In this document: positions 47,579 to 57,834 of the stretch, piece after piece
Layout of the letters: every line of letters starts with the position of its first letter
Position numbering within the stretch: position 1 is the first letter of the stretch
Source of the DNA: Candidatus Heimdallarchaeota archaeon
GTDB taxonomy: Archaea > Asgardarchaeota > Heimdallarchaeia > JABLTI01
Reading direction: 5' to 3'
Assembly (NCBI GenBank): GCA_019056785.1
Contig: DXJV01000087.1
Span: 1-64,000, forward strand
DNA length: 64,000 nucleotides
Program-made: the position numbers and the translations under genes
The notes under the pieces: model-generated
What the model saw: only the letters and a program-made list of their open reading frames with translations
The model's database searches: none
What the model was told of the DNA's origin: nothing

Positions 47579-48092
47579 CTACCATAAGTCTTCTGCAAGT
47601 GATTTAGCTACTCGTTTGCCATTTGATTCCGCTTTATCCTTCTCTTCTTCAATTTTAACCTCAATGGTGGTCACAAAGCCAATTTTTATCTTGATGGTCT
47701 TTGACCCAAAGGCATTATAGATTGACGGCAAGATTTGTTGAAGAAGCTCAAGAAAGATTGCATCATTATTTTGCAACTCGGAAATAATAATGGAAAACAA
47801 TTTTCGTACACTTTGGATATTATAATCGCTATTATCAAATACCACCACTAAAGAAGCGATATTATTACACTCGGTTTGGGAAGGAATGATAAAAACATAG
47901 CCCGAGATTGCGCTACCGTTATTCATTACATTAGAAGTAAAATCGCCTGCCTTTGCACCGAAAGGCATAACTCTTAATAGTATTCTCATTTTTTAATGGC
48001 TGAGGTAAAATATCAGGGTAAACCTTAATGAGCTCCAAGCCATTTTTTCACATTTGAACTAAACAGACACTCACAGGTTTAATTTTGCTCAC
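47579..48092 (-). pseudogene. Longin/uDENN-like protein, disrupted
   Basis: GTG 48092 reads MSKIKPVSVCLVQM*KNGLELIKVYPDILPQPLKNE, then a +1 shift into ILLRVMPFGAKAGDF. The G.EL...YP...I...MP.G pattern is uDENN-like. Confidence 0.6.
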
Positions 48093-48353
48093 CTAGAAAG
48101 TAAATGTTAGAAACTTCTTGAAAAGTAATATAAGTCTTTCACTTTAGGAAAATTTGAAAAAAAAAGTTCGGCTAAATAGGATTTTTTTTCAAAAAACAAG
48201 AGCGGAATATTTTCGCTTTACAGCAGGGAATTAATTGGAACAAAGGAGGAACTGAGCGAGAAAACAGTTCTACATTTGAACCAATAGACATTAAAAGAAA
48301 AAAGACTATTATCAACTAAAATTGATTAAAAGTTAAAACTAAGGAAAACAAAA

Positions 48354-49802
48354 ATGACCGATGGACAAGAAATAGCCGATTTTGCTATTGACTTTGCAAC
48401 AAAACAAGGAGCAAAGTATGCAGAAGCCCGCTTTGAAGAAACAATGGCTGAAGGATATACAACCAGAAACGGCGTAATGATTGGTGGAGGGAAAAAGAAC
48501 TTTGCTGGCATTGGTATGCGAGTTCTCACAAAAGAAGGAATGGGTTTTTGTTCTACAGCAAAATTGGATAAGGATGAGATTAAAAAAGCAATTAAAATTG
48601 CTGTGAAAATGGCTCGAGCGAGCAGAAGGAAGGAACCTATAAAGTTCTCAGAGGAAAAAGCTGTTCAAGCTAAATGGCAAACGCCTGTAGAAGAAGCTTT
48701 TGAGGATATAGCGGATGAGGACAAAATACAATTTGTCCAGCAAATTGATAAAACATTAATGGAGCAAGAGTTTGGTTCAGCTTTGGTGACAAGAACATTA
48801 ATACTTGATTTAACTCGGAACAAGAAATATTTTACAACAAACGAGGGAACAAAAATTGAAAGTGAAAAAAGCCTTATCGCTTTCTACACGTTCAATACTG
48901 CAAAAGGAGTGTTTGGAACCGAGCAACGATTCTATGGTCAAGCAGGAGCTATGGGTTGGGAATGGTTCAAAAAGGAGAAGATCCTCGATAAGATTATCGA
49001 GGACAATCGTGCTCTTGTAAAAACAGCGAATCTTGCCAAAGAAGCTTCTCTCGGAGTTACCGATGTAATCGTCAGTGGCGAAGTAGCTGGAATTATTGCT
49101 CATGAAAATTGTGGGCACCCCTCAGAAGCAGACCGCATTCTCGGGCGAGAAGGAGCTCAAGCAGGCGAGTCATTCTATATTGACCTGTTAGAGAAAGGCA
49201 CTCTTGGTGAAATTCAACTTGGTTCGGAGGTGGTGACAATCATTGACGACCCCACGCTCCCAGGAGGAGCAGGTTTTTATGAATACGATGATGAAGGCGT
49301 TAAAGCTCGCCCCCGATTTCTTATTAAAAACGGTAGGCTGAATGAATTACTCTTCAATCGGGAATTTGCCGCAAAATTCAACACCCAATCAAATGCAGCT
49401 GCCCGAGCAATAGGATATAATCGAGAACCGATCATTCGGATGGCTAACACTTATTTTGCACCGGGCAAGTTCACCCTTGAGGAATTGTTTGAAGATGTAA
49501 AAAAGGGCTTGTATATGAAAAGCTTCACAGAATGGAATATTGATGACCGTCGCTATCAAAGTAAATACGTTGGCTTAGAAGCATATATCATTGAAAATGG
49601 TGAATTGACGGAACAAATGGTTCGACGACCAATCCTCGAGTTAACTACCAAAGGAATCTTCGGCAGTGTAGATGCAGTTTCAAAGGAAACTGAATTTCCT
49701 TATGGAACATGCGGTAAGAGCGATCCTGCTCAGGGAGCACCATGCTGGATGGGAGGGGCCCAGCTTCGGTTACGGAACATTCGACTTGGAGGCGGAAAGT
49801 AA
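48354..49802 (+). CDS. tldD: TldD metalloprotease
   Basis: HENCGHPSEADR, YDDEG, PIIRMANT, CGK..Q. Confidence 0.93.
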   Translation: MTDGQEIADFAIDFATKQGAKYAEARFEETMAEGYTTRNGVMIGGGKKNFAGIGMRVLTKEGMGFCSTAKLDKDEIKKAIKIAVKMARASRRKEPIKFSEEKAVQAKWQTPVEEAFEDIADEDKIQFVQQIDKTLMEQEFGSALVTRTLILDLTRNKKYFTTNEGTKIESEKSLIAFYTFNTAKGVFGTEQRFYGQAGAMGWEWFKKEKILDKIIEDNRALVKTANLAKEASLGVTDVIVSGEVAGIIAHENCGHPSEADRILGREGAQAGESFYIDLLEKGTLGEIQLGSEVVTIIDDPTLPGGAGFYEYDDEGVKARPRFLIKNGRLNELLFNREFAAKFNTQSNAAARAIGYNREPIIRMANTYFAPGKFTLEELFEDVKKGLYMKSFTEWNIDDRRYQSKYVGLEAYIIENGELTEQMVRRPILELTTKGIFGSVDAVSKETEFPYGTCGKSDPAQGAPCWMGGAQLRLRNIRLGGGK

Positions 49803-51170
49803 ATGACAGAATCAATACTTAATTTGACCCTTTCTCTTGCGCAGAAAGAAGGAGCAAAAGAAGTCATTGTACAGCACTCTTTTGGTCCGGGGTATCAGAT
49901 ACGTTTTTCGAATGCTGCTATCGATATTGCTAAAAAATGGGATAACAACACCCTCGAGGTTTTCCTTGCAATTGGACAAAAAACTACTCAAATTGACATT
50001 CTTGATCCATCACCAACAAAAATTAGAGAAGCTATTCCTCGTACAATGAGATTCTTAAGGAAAATGCCTGACAGCGAGTTATATGCTGGGATGGAGGACC
50101 GCGTCTTAGCTTATCAGCAACTCGATGGACTTTATGACAAGCGTGTGGAGGGGCTGTATGAACAAGCACCGGACTTGGTGAATGGAGCCATTAATGCTGC
50201 TCTTGCTGCAGGAGCAAAGCGTGTTGCAGGCGTCCTTTATTTCGGGAGCGAAACCGTGGAACTCCAGACAAGCTATGGGTTTACCGGAAGCTATAAACAT
50301 TCCTATTACAGATCAACCATTCGCTCTTTTGTTGATTTTGAAAGCAGCGGCCAGCAAGTGGTTGTGGGACGCGACTTAACCGATCTTGAAAAGAAGCTCA
50401 CTAACGCCGGACAAAAAGCAGGCAAACTTGCAGCCATGGCGGTTGGTGGCAGACAAGGAAAGGCAGGGACTTATGATTTAATTATGAGCCCCACAGTCGG
50501 AGCAAATGTGCTTGGTGAGATCACGAACAGCGCTAACCCCCTAATGATTCTTATGGAGATGAGCCCCTTAAAAGATCATTTTGGCGAACAGATTGCCCCT
50601 GAAAACTTGCAAGTAATAGATGATCCGCACATAAGTGAAGGCCTGGAAAGCAAACCATTTGATGTAGAAGGCACGCCCACAGCGAAAACACCGATCATAC
50701 AAAATGGTGTTTTAGTTGGAATGATCCACAATACCTCTTCCGCAAAAATAATGCAAACAGAATCAACCGGAAATTCAGCCCTTCTTGATATTGGCATGGG
50801 ATCAAAAGTACTTGCGCCAGAAACAACGAATATGGTCTTCTCCAAAGGAGAGCAAACCTTTGAGGAAATAGTTGCTGACTCGCGAAAACCGACAATTTAT
50901 GTCACATCCAATTGGTACACACGATTTACCAATATGCTCGAAGGAGAATTTTCCACCATCCCCAGAGATGCTATGTTCCTTATAGAAAAAGGGGAAATCA
51001 AAAAACCCGTACGAAAACTACGACTAACTGACAATCTCCTACGAATGAGCAAAAATATTATTGCTGTTGGAAAAGATCAGAAACAAATCTTCTGGTGGGA
51101 AGTTTATACCCCAACATTCATTTCAACAATTAAAGTGGCAGATTGCAGATTAACAGCGGCCACGCAATAA
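49803..51170 (+). CDS. tldE: TldE/PmbA partner subunit
   Basis: IRFSN, FDVEG, STGN, WYTRF; no HExxH; adjacent to tldD. Confidence 0.9.
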   Translation: MTESILNLTLSLAQKEGAKEVIVQHSFGPGYQIRFSNAAIDIAKKWDNNTLEVFLAIGQKTTQIDILDPSPTKIREAIPRTMRFLRKMPDSELYAGMEDRVLAYQQLDGLYDKRVEGLYEQAPDLVNGAINAALAAGAKRVAGVLYFGSETVELQTSYGFTGSYKHSYYRSTIRSFVDFESSGQQVVVGRDLTDLEKKLTNAGQKAGKLAAMAVGGRQGKAGTYDLIMSPTVGANVLGEITNSANPLMILMEMSPLKDHFGEQIAPENLQVIDDPHISEGLESKPFDVEGTPTAKTPIIQNGVLVGMIHNTSSAKIMQTESTGNSALLDIGMGSKVLAPETTNMVFSKGEQTFEEIVADSRKPTIYVTSNWYTRFTNMLEGEFSTIPRDAMFLIEKGEIKKPVRKLRLTDNLLRMSKNIIAVGKDQKQIFWWEVYTPTFISTIKVADCRLTAATQ

Positions 51171-51388
51171 AAAAGTAGCAAAGAGCCTATCTTTAAGACT
51201 CTTTATACTTCATTTTTTTTAATGACAGTGGTGATTCATACGCAAAAAAATATTACTTGAGAGTTTGGGAGCAGTTGAGTTTGCTGCGAAAAATTCAGAA
51301 AAAGATTTTTACAGCTGACAACAAACTATTTATAGCAGCTTCGAGTTAGTGGAGCTTTTATTAGCAAATAACCAAAGGATTCAGAAAA

Positions 51389-53026
51389 ATGACTAAAAAA
51401 ACAAAGTTCGTCTTCGTTGTAGGGGGTGTGATGTCGGGGATTGGTAAAGGAGTAGTAACCTCGTGCATCGGAAAAAATTTGCAGGTGCGAAAAGGAACAA
51501 TTGATTTAATAAAAATTGACCCCTATCTTAACATAGATGCTGGAACGATGAATCCCATCCAGCATGGTGAAGTGTATGTCACTGATGATGGCGGAGAAAT
51601 CGATGTTGATTTTGGTCATTATGCTCGGATACTTGGTCTTGATATGAAGAAAACACAAAATATTACCACAGGACAAGTTTATCGGGAAGTTATTCGAAAA
51701 GAACGTGCAGGAGACTACTTGGGGCACACAGTTCAAGTCATTCCGCATATTTCTAATGAAATAAAGCGGCGCATTCGCGAAGTCAGCACCTTTAAAAACC
51801 CTGACGTTTTACTTGTTGAGATAGGGGGAACTGTTGGCGACATTGAATCGCTCCCCTTTTTAGAAGCTATTCGACAAATGATTATGGAAGAGCCCGAAGA
51901 AGACACTTTACTGGTGCATACAACCTATGTTCCCGTGCCGGATCACTTACATGAAGCGAAAACAAAGCCCACCCAACATTCTGTGAAAGAGCTGCGGGGT
52001 ATTGGATTGAACCCAAATATTATCGTCTGCCGTAGTCATAATATTCTTGATGAAAAAACTAGGAAAAAGGTGGCACTCTTTTGTAATGTTCCTGATGAAG
52101 CCGTTTTTACACTCCCGGACCTCGAGTCAGTTTACTCTGCCCCTTATCATTTGGATAAACAAGGATTAGGCGAGCTGCTAATAAAACGACTAAAACTCAA
52201 ACTCTCTCCACCTGATTGGAAAGAATGGAATGAGTTGATTGATCGATATGAAAACCCAACGGCAAAAGTAAAAATTGCCATGGGAGGAAAATACACACAA
52301 CTAGTTGATTCGTATATCTCTGTTAATGAGGCATTAAAACATGCTGCCGCCTTTTATCGTTATGGTGTTGAAATTGATTGGATAGAAACAGAGGAAATTG
52401 AAGAAGACCCCCAAAAAGTGCGAATCCTCGAAGAATATGATGGGTTACTTGTTCCAGGAGGGTTTGGATATCGGGGCACAGAAGGAAAAATCAAGCTAAT
52501 AGAATATGCCCGTGAGAAGGACATTCCTTTCCTTGGCTTGTGTTTCGGCTTTCAACTGGCAACTATAGAATTTTGTCGACATGTACTGAAAATCAAAAAC
52601 GCAACAAGTTTTGAGTTTACAAGTAGTGGGGATATAAACTCGAGTAATTTAGTTATTGACCTTCTACCTGAACAAAAGGGGGTAAAAGAAATGGGTGGGA
52701 CAATGCGCTTAGGAGGTCTCCCTGTTAAGATTAAAGAAAACACAAAGGCCTTTGAACTTTATAAAAAGACCTTGATCCGAGAACGCCACCGCCACCGCTA
52801 TGAAGTAAACCCCCAATTTATCCAACGTATTGAAGAAAAGGGGCTGATCTTCTCCGGTACATCTGAAGATGGGAGACGAATGGAAATTCTCGAGCTACCT
52901 GACCACAAATTCTTTATGGCATCACAATTTCATCCGGAATTTACTTCATTACCTTGGAAACCAAACCCTCTATTTCGAGGGTTCATTGGTGCGGCAATTG
53001 AACGGAAAAAGAAACGAGAAAGCTAG
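51389..53026 (+). CDS. pyrG: CTP synthase
   Basis: GGVMSGIGKG, DPYLNIDAGTM, KTKPTQHSV, GLCFG, QFHPEF. Confidence 0.98.
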   Translation: MTKKTKFVFVVGGVMSGIGKGVVTSCIGKNLQVRKGTIDLIKIDPYLNIDAGTMNPIQHGEVYVTDDGGEIDVDFGHYARILGLDMKKTQNITTGQVYREVIRKERAGDYLGHTVQVIPHISNEIKRRIREVSTFKNPDVLLVEIGGTVGDIESLPFLEAIRQMIMEEPEEDTLLVHTTYVPVPDHLHEAKTKPTQHSVKELRGIGLNPNIIVCRSHNILDEKTRKKVALFCNVPDEAVFTLPDLESVYSAPYHLDKQGLGELLIKRLKLKLSPPDWKEWNELIDRYENPTAKVKIAMGGKYTQLVDSYISVNEALKHAAAFYRYGVEIDWIETEEIEEDPQKVRILEEYDGLLVPGGFGYRGTEGKIKLIEYAREKDIPFLGLCFGFQLATIEFCRHVLKIKNATSFEFTSSGDINSSNLVIDLLPEQKGVKEMGGTMRLGGLPVKIKENTKAFELYKKTLIRERHRHRYEVNPQFIQRIEEKGLIFSGTSEDGRRMEILELPDHKFFMASQFHPEFTSLPWKPNPLFRGFIGAAIERKKKRES

Positions 53027-53074
53027 AAAACCCTTTTCCTTAGTATTATAAAAGTAAGAAAGAAAAGAAGGATG

Positions 53075-53353
53075 CTAAATAGAGAAGATCACACTTGAAA
53101 CTTTTGTACTGCAGACTTTTCGAACACCATGGGAACCGGGCTCATACCGTGACACCAACAAACCTGCTTCTTCCAGAATTTTTATTTGGGCACTAATATT
53201 TGCTTCGGTTTGATTGAGCATTGCCGCGATTCGACTTACATCAATATCTTTTTCGGTTGTCATTTTCAATATTTGCAGCCTTGTTTTTGAAGACAGCGCT
53301 TTTGCAACGATCGGGATTCTGTCTCCATCAACATGTAGTGTTTCTTCAGCCAT
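53075..53353 (-). CDS. ArsR-like wHTH regulator
   Basis: KALSSKTRLQIL, ANISAQIKILEEAGL, GVRKVC. Confidence 0.88.
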   Translation of the reverse strand: MAEETLHVDGDRIPIVAKALSSKTRLQILKMTTEKDIDVSRIAAMLNQTEANISAQIKILEEAGLLVSRYEPGSHGVRKVCSTKVSSVIFSI

Positions 53354-53684
53354 TGTTTATACCCCATTGTTTTGAGCAATTAATTACTTTCGAAGTACTA
53401 TTCAAACGGGATGTAATAAATAAACATTTCTGTTTCTTTTTTAATAACCATTTTAAAGATAAACTAGTTAATAATACAATTACTCTTTTCTTCTAATGTT
53501 ATAGACTACTATTGTGTAAGCTTTTTCCGGCACAGAATATACAAGTCTTAGAGGGGTTCATCTCTTGCTAAGGAATTTCATCGGGCAAATAACAAACGAC
53601 ACATCTTTCTTATGACCTATTTTAGATTTTTCGATAGGGTTTAAGAAGGCATACTTCGTTCTTTTTTTAGGAGCGTTTCTTAGC

Positions 53685-54605
53685 ATGGCAAAAGCAGCAG
53701 AATATTTACTCGAACTTGAAAAAAATGACTTTCGCATTTTACAAGCAATAGAAGTTGGCATGCGAACCTCCGAATATGTTTCACTCGAGACGATTGTTGA
53801 ATTCAGTAAACTCAGGGTGGATCAGGTTATTCATCGTTTGGATAAGCTTCACTTCCTAGAGTTAATTTTTCGCTGGAAAGGGAATTATCTGGGTTATCAA
53901 TTGACCCATCATGGCTACGATGTTCTTGCCTTTCGTGCATTGTCAGAACGAGATTCAATAGTTGCCATTGGCCTTCCAATCGGGCGAGGAAAAGAAAGTG
54001 ATGTGTTTTTAGCGTATAATGCTACCCAAGAAGTTCTGGTAGCAAAAATTCATCGTGTCGGCCGGCCTAGCTTTCAACGAAGTAAAAAATTACGAAGCTA
54101 TATCGGCAAACGCAGTCATTTGAATTGGTTATACAAATCCCGTCTTTCCGCAGAGCGAGAATTTCAAGGCTTGGAAATTGCTCATAAGATAAAGGCAAAA
54201 ACACCAAGAGCAATCGATCATAATCGCCATATTATTATCATGGAATTTTTTGAAGGAAAAGAACTAGTTGAGTCTTCTGCAATAAAAAAACCTTTGGCAT
54301 TATTTAATGGCATCATTTCTGAAATTCGAAAACTAGTTGTTGAAGGGGGGATAGTTCATGGCGATCTCTCAGCTTACAATGTAATTATCACACCAGAAAA
54401 TGACTTTTTACTTATCGATTTCCCACAATTTGAACCTATGGATCACCCCAATAGCCACGAGTTGCTGCTCCGAGATATCACAAACATTTGTAAATTCTTT
54501 AAACGCAAGTATAAATTGCAAGCAAACCCGCAGGAAATTTTCAAGCAGATAATAGCAGAATATGAAGAGAAATTACAGAAAAAAACAAAACGAAAGAAAG
54601 GATAG
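53685..54605 (+). CDS. rio2: RIO2 serine/threonine kinase
   Basis: N-terminal wHTH, GRGKESDV, HGDLSAYNV, IDFPQ. Confidence 0.94.
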   Translation: MAKAAEYLLELEKNDFRILQAIEVGMRTSEYVSLETIVEFSKLRVDQVIHRLDKLHFLELIFRWKGNYLGYQLTHHGYDVLAFRALSERDSIVAIGLPIGRGKESDVFLAYNATQEVLVAKIHRVGRPSFQRSKKLRSYIGKRSHLNWLYKSRLSAEREFQGLEIAHKIKAKTPRAIDHNRHIIIMEFFEGKELVESSAIKKPLALFNGIISEIRKLVVEGGIVHGDLSAYNVIITPENDFLLIDFPQFEPMDHPNSHELLLRDITNICKFFKRKYKLQANPQEIFKQIIAEYEEKLQKKTKRKKG

Positions 54606-54626
54606 CTATTAATTTTCTTGGTGGCG

Positions 54627-55928
54627 CTACTCTTTAGTGAGCGTTTTTTGTGAGGTTTTCACTTTTTCTTGGAGCAGAAGATTTAATGCATCATTCTCTC
54701 CTCCCAAAGCAAAGTTGAGGATTTCTGTGAAAAAGAAAGTGGGCAGTGGCTCTGGATTATACTCCCTCTGATGTACAGTATACATCATACTGCAATTCCC
54801 ACAACCGAGGATTAATGCGTCCACAGAACGTGCTTTCAAAGAATCTATCCTTTTTTTACCAATCGCATAAGCAATCTCCTTATTATAAATTAACATAGAA
54901 GAACCACAACAGAGTGTTTCGAAAGGATATCGTATTGACTTTATGGCGGTAAGCGAGAGCAAATTCCTGAGAAGATTAGAACCAATGGAAGCATTTGGTG
55001 AAGTTGGTGCCGGGCGGATAACTTGACAAGGAACTTGTGTTCCCACAGTCAGTTGTACTAGTTGTTGATTCTGCTCGGGTTCGATAAGTTGTTTCAAGCG
55101 CTCTTGTAGATCTTTGTTTTGTAGGAATTCAGAGAGATGGAAGATACGAACTGTTCCTGTATATTGCTTGTTAATTGTAGCCAAATAGTGATTCACTTTT
55201 TTAAGAAGAGATGGTTCTTGTAACAACTTTTGATTTACCCGCCGCAAATTGCCCGTACAACCCCCGCAAAGAGAAAGAATAGTTGTAATACCCCTTTCTT
55301 CAGCAATAGCCAAATTATGTGCAGCTGAAACAAGCCATAGCAGTTCAGACTGTGACTCGGTCATAATAGAACCACAACAAACAAAGGGTAAATCAACAAA
55401 GGAAATTTCCAATTGTTTCAATAACTCACGAGCAGATTTTTCATACTGTAAAACGCGATAGGGGATCAAGCAGCCTAAAAACAAAGCAATGGATGTTTGG
55501 AGGGGGGAGGCTTGAAGGTTCTTAGAAAAGGTTGCTGGAAGAGGAGGGGGTTGCTCTTCACCGCGAAGAATCTGTTCATACAAGTATGCTACTTCTTCCA
55601 CCGGTTTTGCAGGCAGCTGTGGCAAGCCATACTCTTCTCGAACGGCTGCTAATTCTTTTGAAATGGGAAACAATGTTCCGAACTTTTTGAGTTGTTCCAG
55701 TGGTTCTCTCATCTCTTTTGAGTTCTGCTCTTTTGTTCGACGCTTTTCGATAGCATGTTGTCTTGCAGAATTTGAAGCACATGCATCTTCACAATAAAAG
55801 CAATTGGTACAATACCACACGTTACCCTTATCTTGCAATATCGGATAAGCACCCTCAGTTTTATCAGCTTGAGTTACAGGACAAGGAAGAAGTTTCTTCT
55901 GGTCCGCACAATCATCTTTTGGTGGCAT
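54627..55928 (-). CDS. Heterodisulfide reductase-related Fe-S protein (HdrC-like + HdrB-like CCG domains)
   Basis: WYCTNCFYCEDAC then two CCG domains (GC..CCGS..CGGC; PC..CCGS..CGNC). Confidence 0.85.
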   Translation of the reverse strand: MPPKDDCADQKKLLPCPVTQADKTEGAYPILQDKGNVWYCTNCFYCEDACASNSARQHAIEKRRTKEQNSKEMREPLEQLKKFGTLFPISKELAAVREEYGLPQLPAKPVEEVAYLYEQILRGEEQPPPLPATFSKNLQASPLQTSIALFLGCLIPYRVLQYEKSARELLKQLEISFVDLPFVCCGSIMTESQSELLWLVSAAHNLAIAEERGITTILSLCGGCTGNLRRVNQKLLQEPSLLKKVNHYLATINKQYTGTVRIFHLSEFLQNKDLQERLKQLIEPEQNQQLVQLTVGTQVPCQVIRPAPTSPNASIGSNLLRNLLSLTAIKSIRYPFETLCCGSSMLIYNKEIAYAIGKKRIDSLKARSVDALILGCGNCSMMYTVHQREYNPEPLPTFFFTEILNFALGGENDALNLLLQEKVKTSQKTLTKE

Positions 55929-55991
55929 GTCTAACGGCTAAATAAAAAGACTGCTAAGGTATAATTATTTCGATTCATTTTCCAAAGCAAG

Positions 55992-56294
55992 CTACTCGAG
56001 GAAAGCTTCAGATGAGAGAAGTTCATTGATTTCGTCACAAATTTGAATATTAATCGGGTGCTCTGCATCAGAAAGATAGAGTGTCAAACAGTCACGAACT
56101 TTCTTGATTTCCGGAAAAAAGGTCTTGCCAAAATTTATTGCAGCGGTTAGTTGTTCACCGCCATGATGAACATAGGCATTCTCACCAATTCGTATATACC
56201 CGGCTTCTCGCAACACTTTTTGAAAAAGTTTCTCCATTTTCGTAGGATTCGCAATGAAGCATGTCACAATCATTGGGAATCTAATTCGGCTCAT
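55992..56294 (-). CDS. Small hypothetical protein
   Basis: Start MSRIRF; about 100 aa. Confidence 0.55.
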   Translation of the reverse strand: MSRIRFPMIVTCFIANPTKMEKLFQKVLREAGYIRIGENAYVHHGGEQLTAAINFGKTFFPEIKKVRDCLTLYLSDAEHPINIQICDEINELLSSEAFLE

Positions 56295-56487
56295 ATCGCA
56301 CCCGTCCTTCAATTCAAAACAAATAACGATAATATATAATAACAAATTAAAAGATTAAAAACTATTTCTTTGGAAAACGCATAAAAAAGTTGCCAGGCGA
56401 TTTTTTAAAGCCTTTTATGCCCAAAAAGTAAAAAAACTTATTTGATATGTCAAAAATACTGGACACTAGGATTTGGTGTTATTTCCT

Positions 56488-57834
56488 ATGAAACAAATTC
56501 AAGTAACCCTTCCCTCTGAAGAGGCCGAGGAGCTGGCTGAAAGTTTAACAGAGGTTGTTTCCCCCTCTCAAATTAACCTCATCAAAGGTACAACTTCGAG
56601 TTTAATTCTTATTACAGTCTTTCCCACACGAACGGGCTTTGTGATGGATTATTTGGATGACTTGGGGATCGGCCGGATTAAAGGGAGAATAACAATTACG
56701 GAGATTGAAGCAACAATTCCTCGAGTTCGCCCTCGAAAGCAGGACAAATTTTTACGCAGAATATCCATTGAAGAATTAGAACATAATGTAGTTAGTTTAG
56801 CAAAGATAGATTTCAATTACATTTCCTTTATAATTTTATCATCAATAATAGCTGCAATGGGTCTTGTCACCGACAATAATATTACTTTGATTGCTTCAAT
56901 GATCGTTGCCCCCTTAATGGGTCCCATTGTTGCAATGGCATTTGGTGCAGTGACTTCGAATCAAAAAATCTTGAAAGAAGGAACCATTGTAGAGCTTTGG
57001 GGGATGATAATCTCAATAGGAATTGGTTTTGTAATTGGTTTGGCCTATCATTTCACACAGACTGAGCCAAGTACCTTTATTATTGCCCGTGGAGAACCCA
57101 ACATTGTTGATTTGGTTGTGGCAATTGCTTCAGGGCTTACAGCCGGGATTTGTTTTGTTAGTGGCACTTCTCTTGCTCTTGTTGGTGTAGCTGCTGCGGC
57201 GGCACTCTTACCTGTAGTTGTTAATATTGGTATTTCTCTTGGAATGTTTGAATGGCGCCTTGCTTTAGGGAGCCTTGTCCTGTTCATTACCAACCTTGTC
57301 TCAATTCATCTTGGATGTATGATCATCTTTTGGATACGGAAAGTAGAACCACCAAAGGCAGTTAAGAGAGTAAAAGCGAAAAAATCACTTCGCGCACAAT
57401 TATTTGCTTTTGGGATTCTCTTGCTCGTTGTTGCATTACCAATCACTCAAACGTCTATTCAAATTGGGAGAAAATGGCGCTACCAAAAAATCACTAATGA
57501 TGTTACAACCGAGATTTTGCAGCCCCTCGAAGGGGTAATCTTTCCGCCTGAGAAACTCGAGGTTTCAATAAGTGCAACTCTCACTCGTAATTATGTAGTG
57601 AACATTACCATTCGGATTTTTTCATCGAAACAACTCCCCAATGGAACGAATTTGGCGATAAAACAAGAAATAGAGAATCGAGCGAAACATCCAATAAACT
57701 CACTTATCTTAGAAGTAATTATAATTCAGGAGTTTGAACCTCTCGCATTACTTTCTACGCCAGAGATAACCGGCATTCTACCGCAACGAGAACTAAATGT
57801 AAATCCTTTTACCCGAGCGTTTATCCTTGGGTAA
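56488..57834 (+). CDS. DUF389 / TIGR00341 membrane protein
   Basis: IASMIVAPLMGPI, VAIASG, GVAAAAALLP. Confidence 0.88.
   Translation: MKQIQVTLPSEEAEELAESLTEVVSPSQINLIKGTTSSLILITVFPTRTGFVMDYLDDLGIGRIKGRITITEIEATIPRVRPRKQDKFLRRISIEELEHNVVSLAKIDFNYISFIILSSIIAAMGLVTDNNITLIASMIVAPLMGPIVAMAFGAVTSNQKILKEGTIVELWGMIISIGIGFVIGLAYHFTQTEPSTFIIARGEPNIVDLVVAIASGLTAGICFVSGTSLALVGVAAAAALLPVVVNIGISLGMFEWRLALGSLVLFITNLVSIHLGCMIIFWIRKVEPPKAVKRVKAKKSLRAQLFAFGILLLVVALPITQTSIQIGRKWRYQKITNDVTTEILQPLEGVIFPPEKLEVSISATLTRNYVVNITIRIFSSKQLPNGTNLAIKQEIENRAKHPINSLILEVIIIQEFEPLALLSTPEITGILPQRELNVNPFTRAFILG

Noticed and set aside
46211-48050. Selenocysteine or recoded TGA
   Set aside because: The TGAs are not in redox-Cys contexts, co-occur with TAA/TAG and frameshifts, and TGA is a normal stop in intact genes here.
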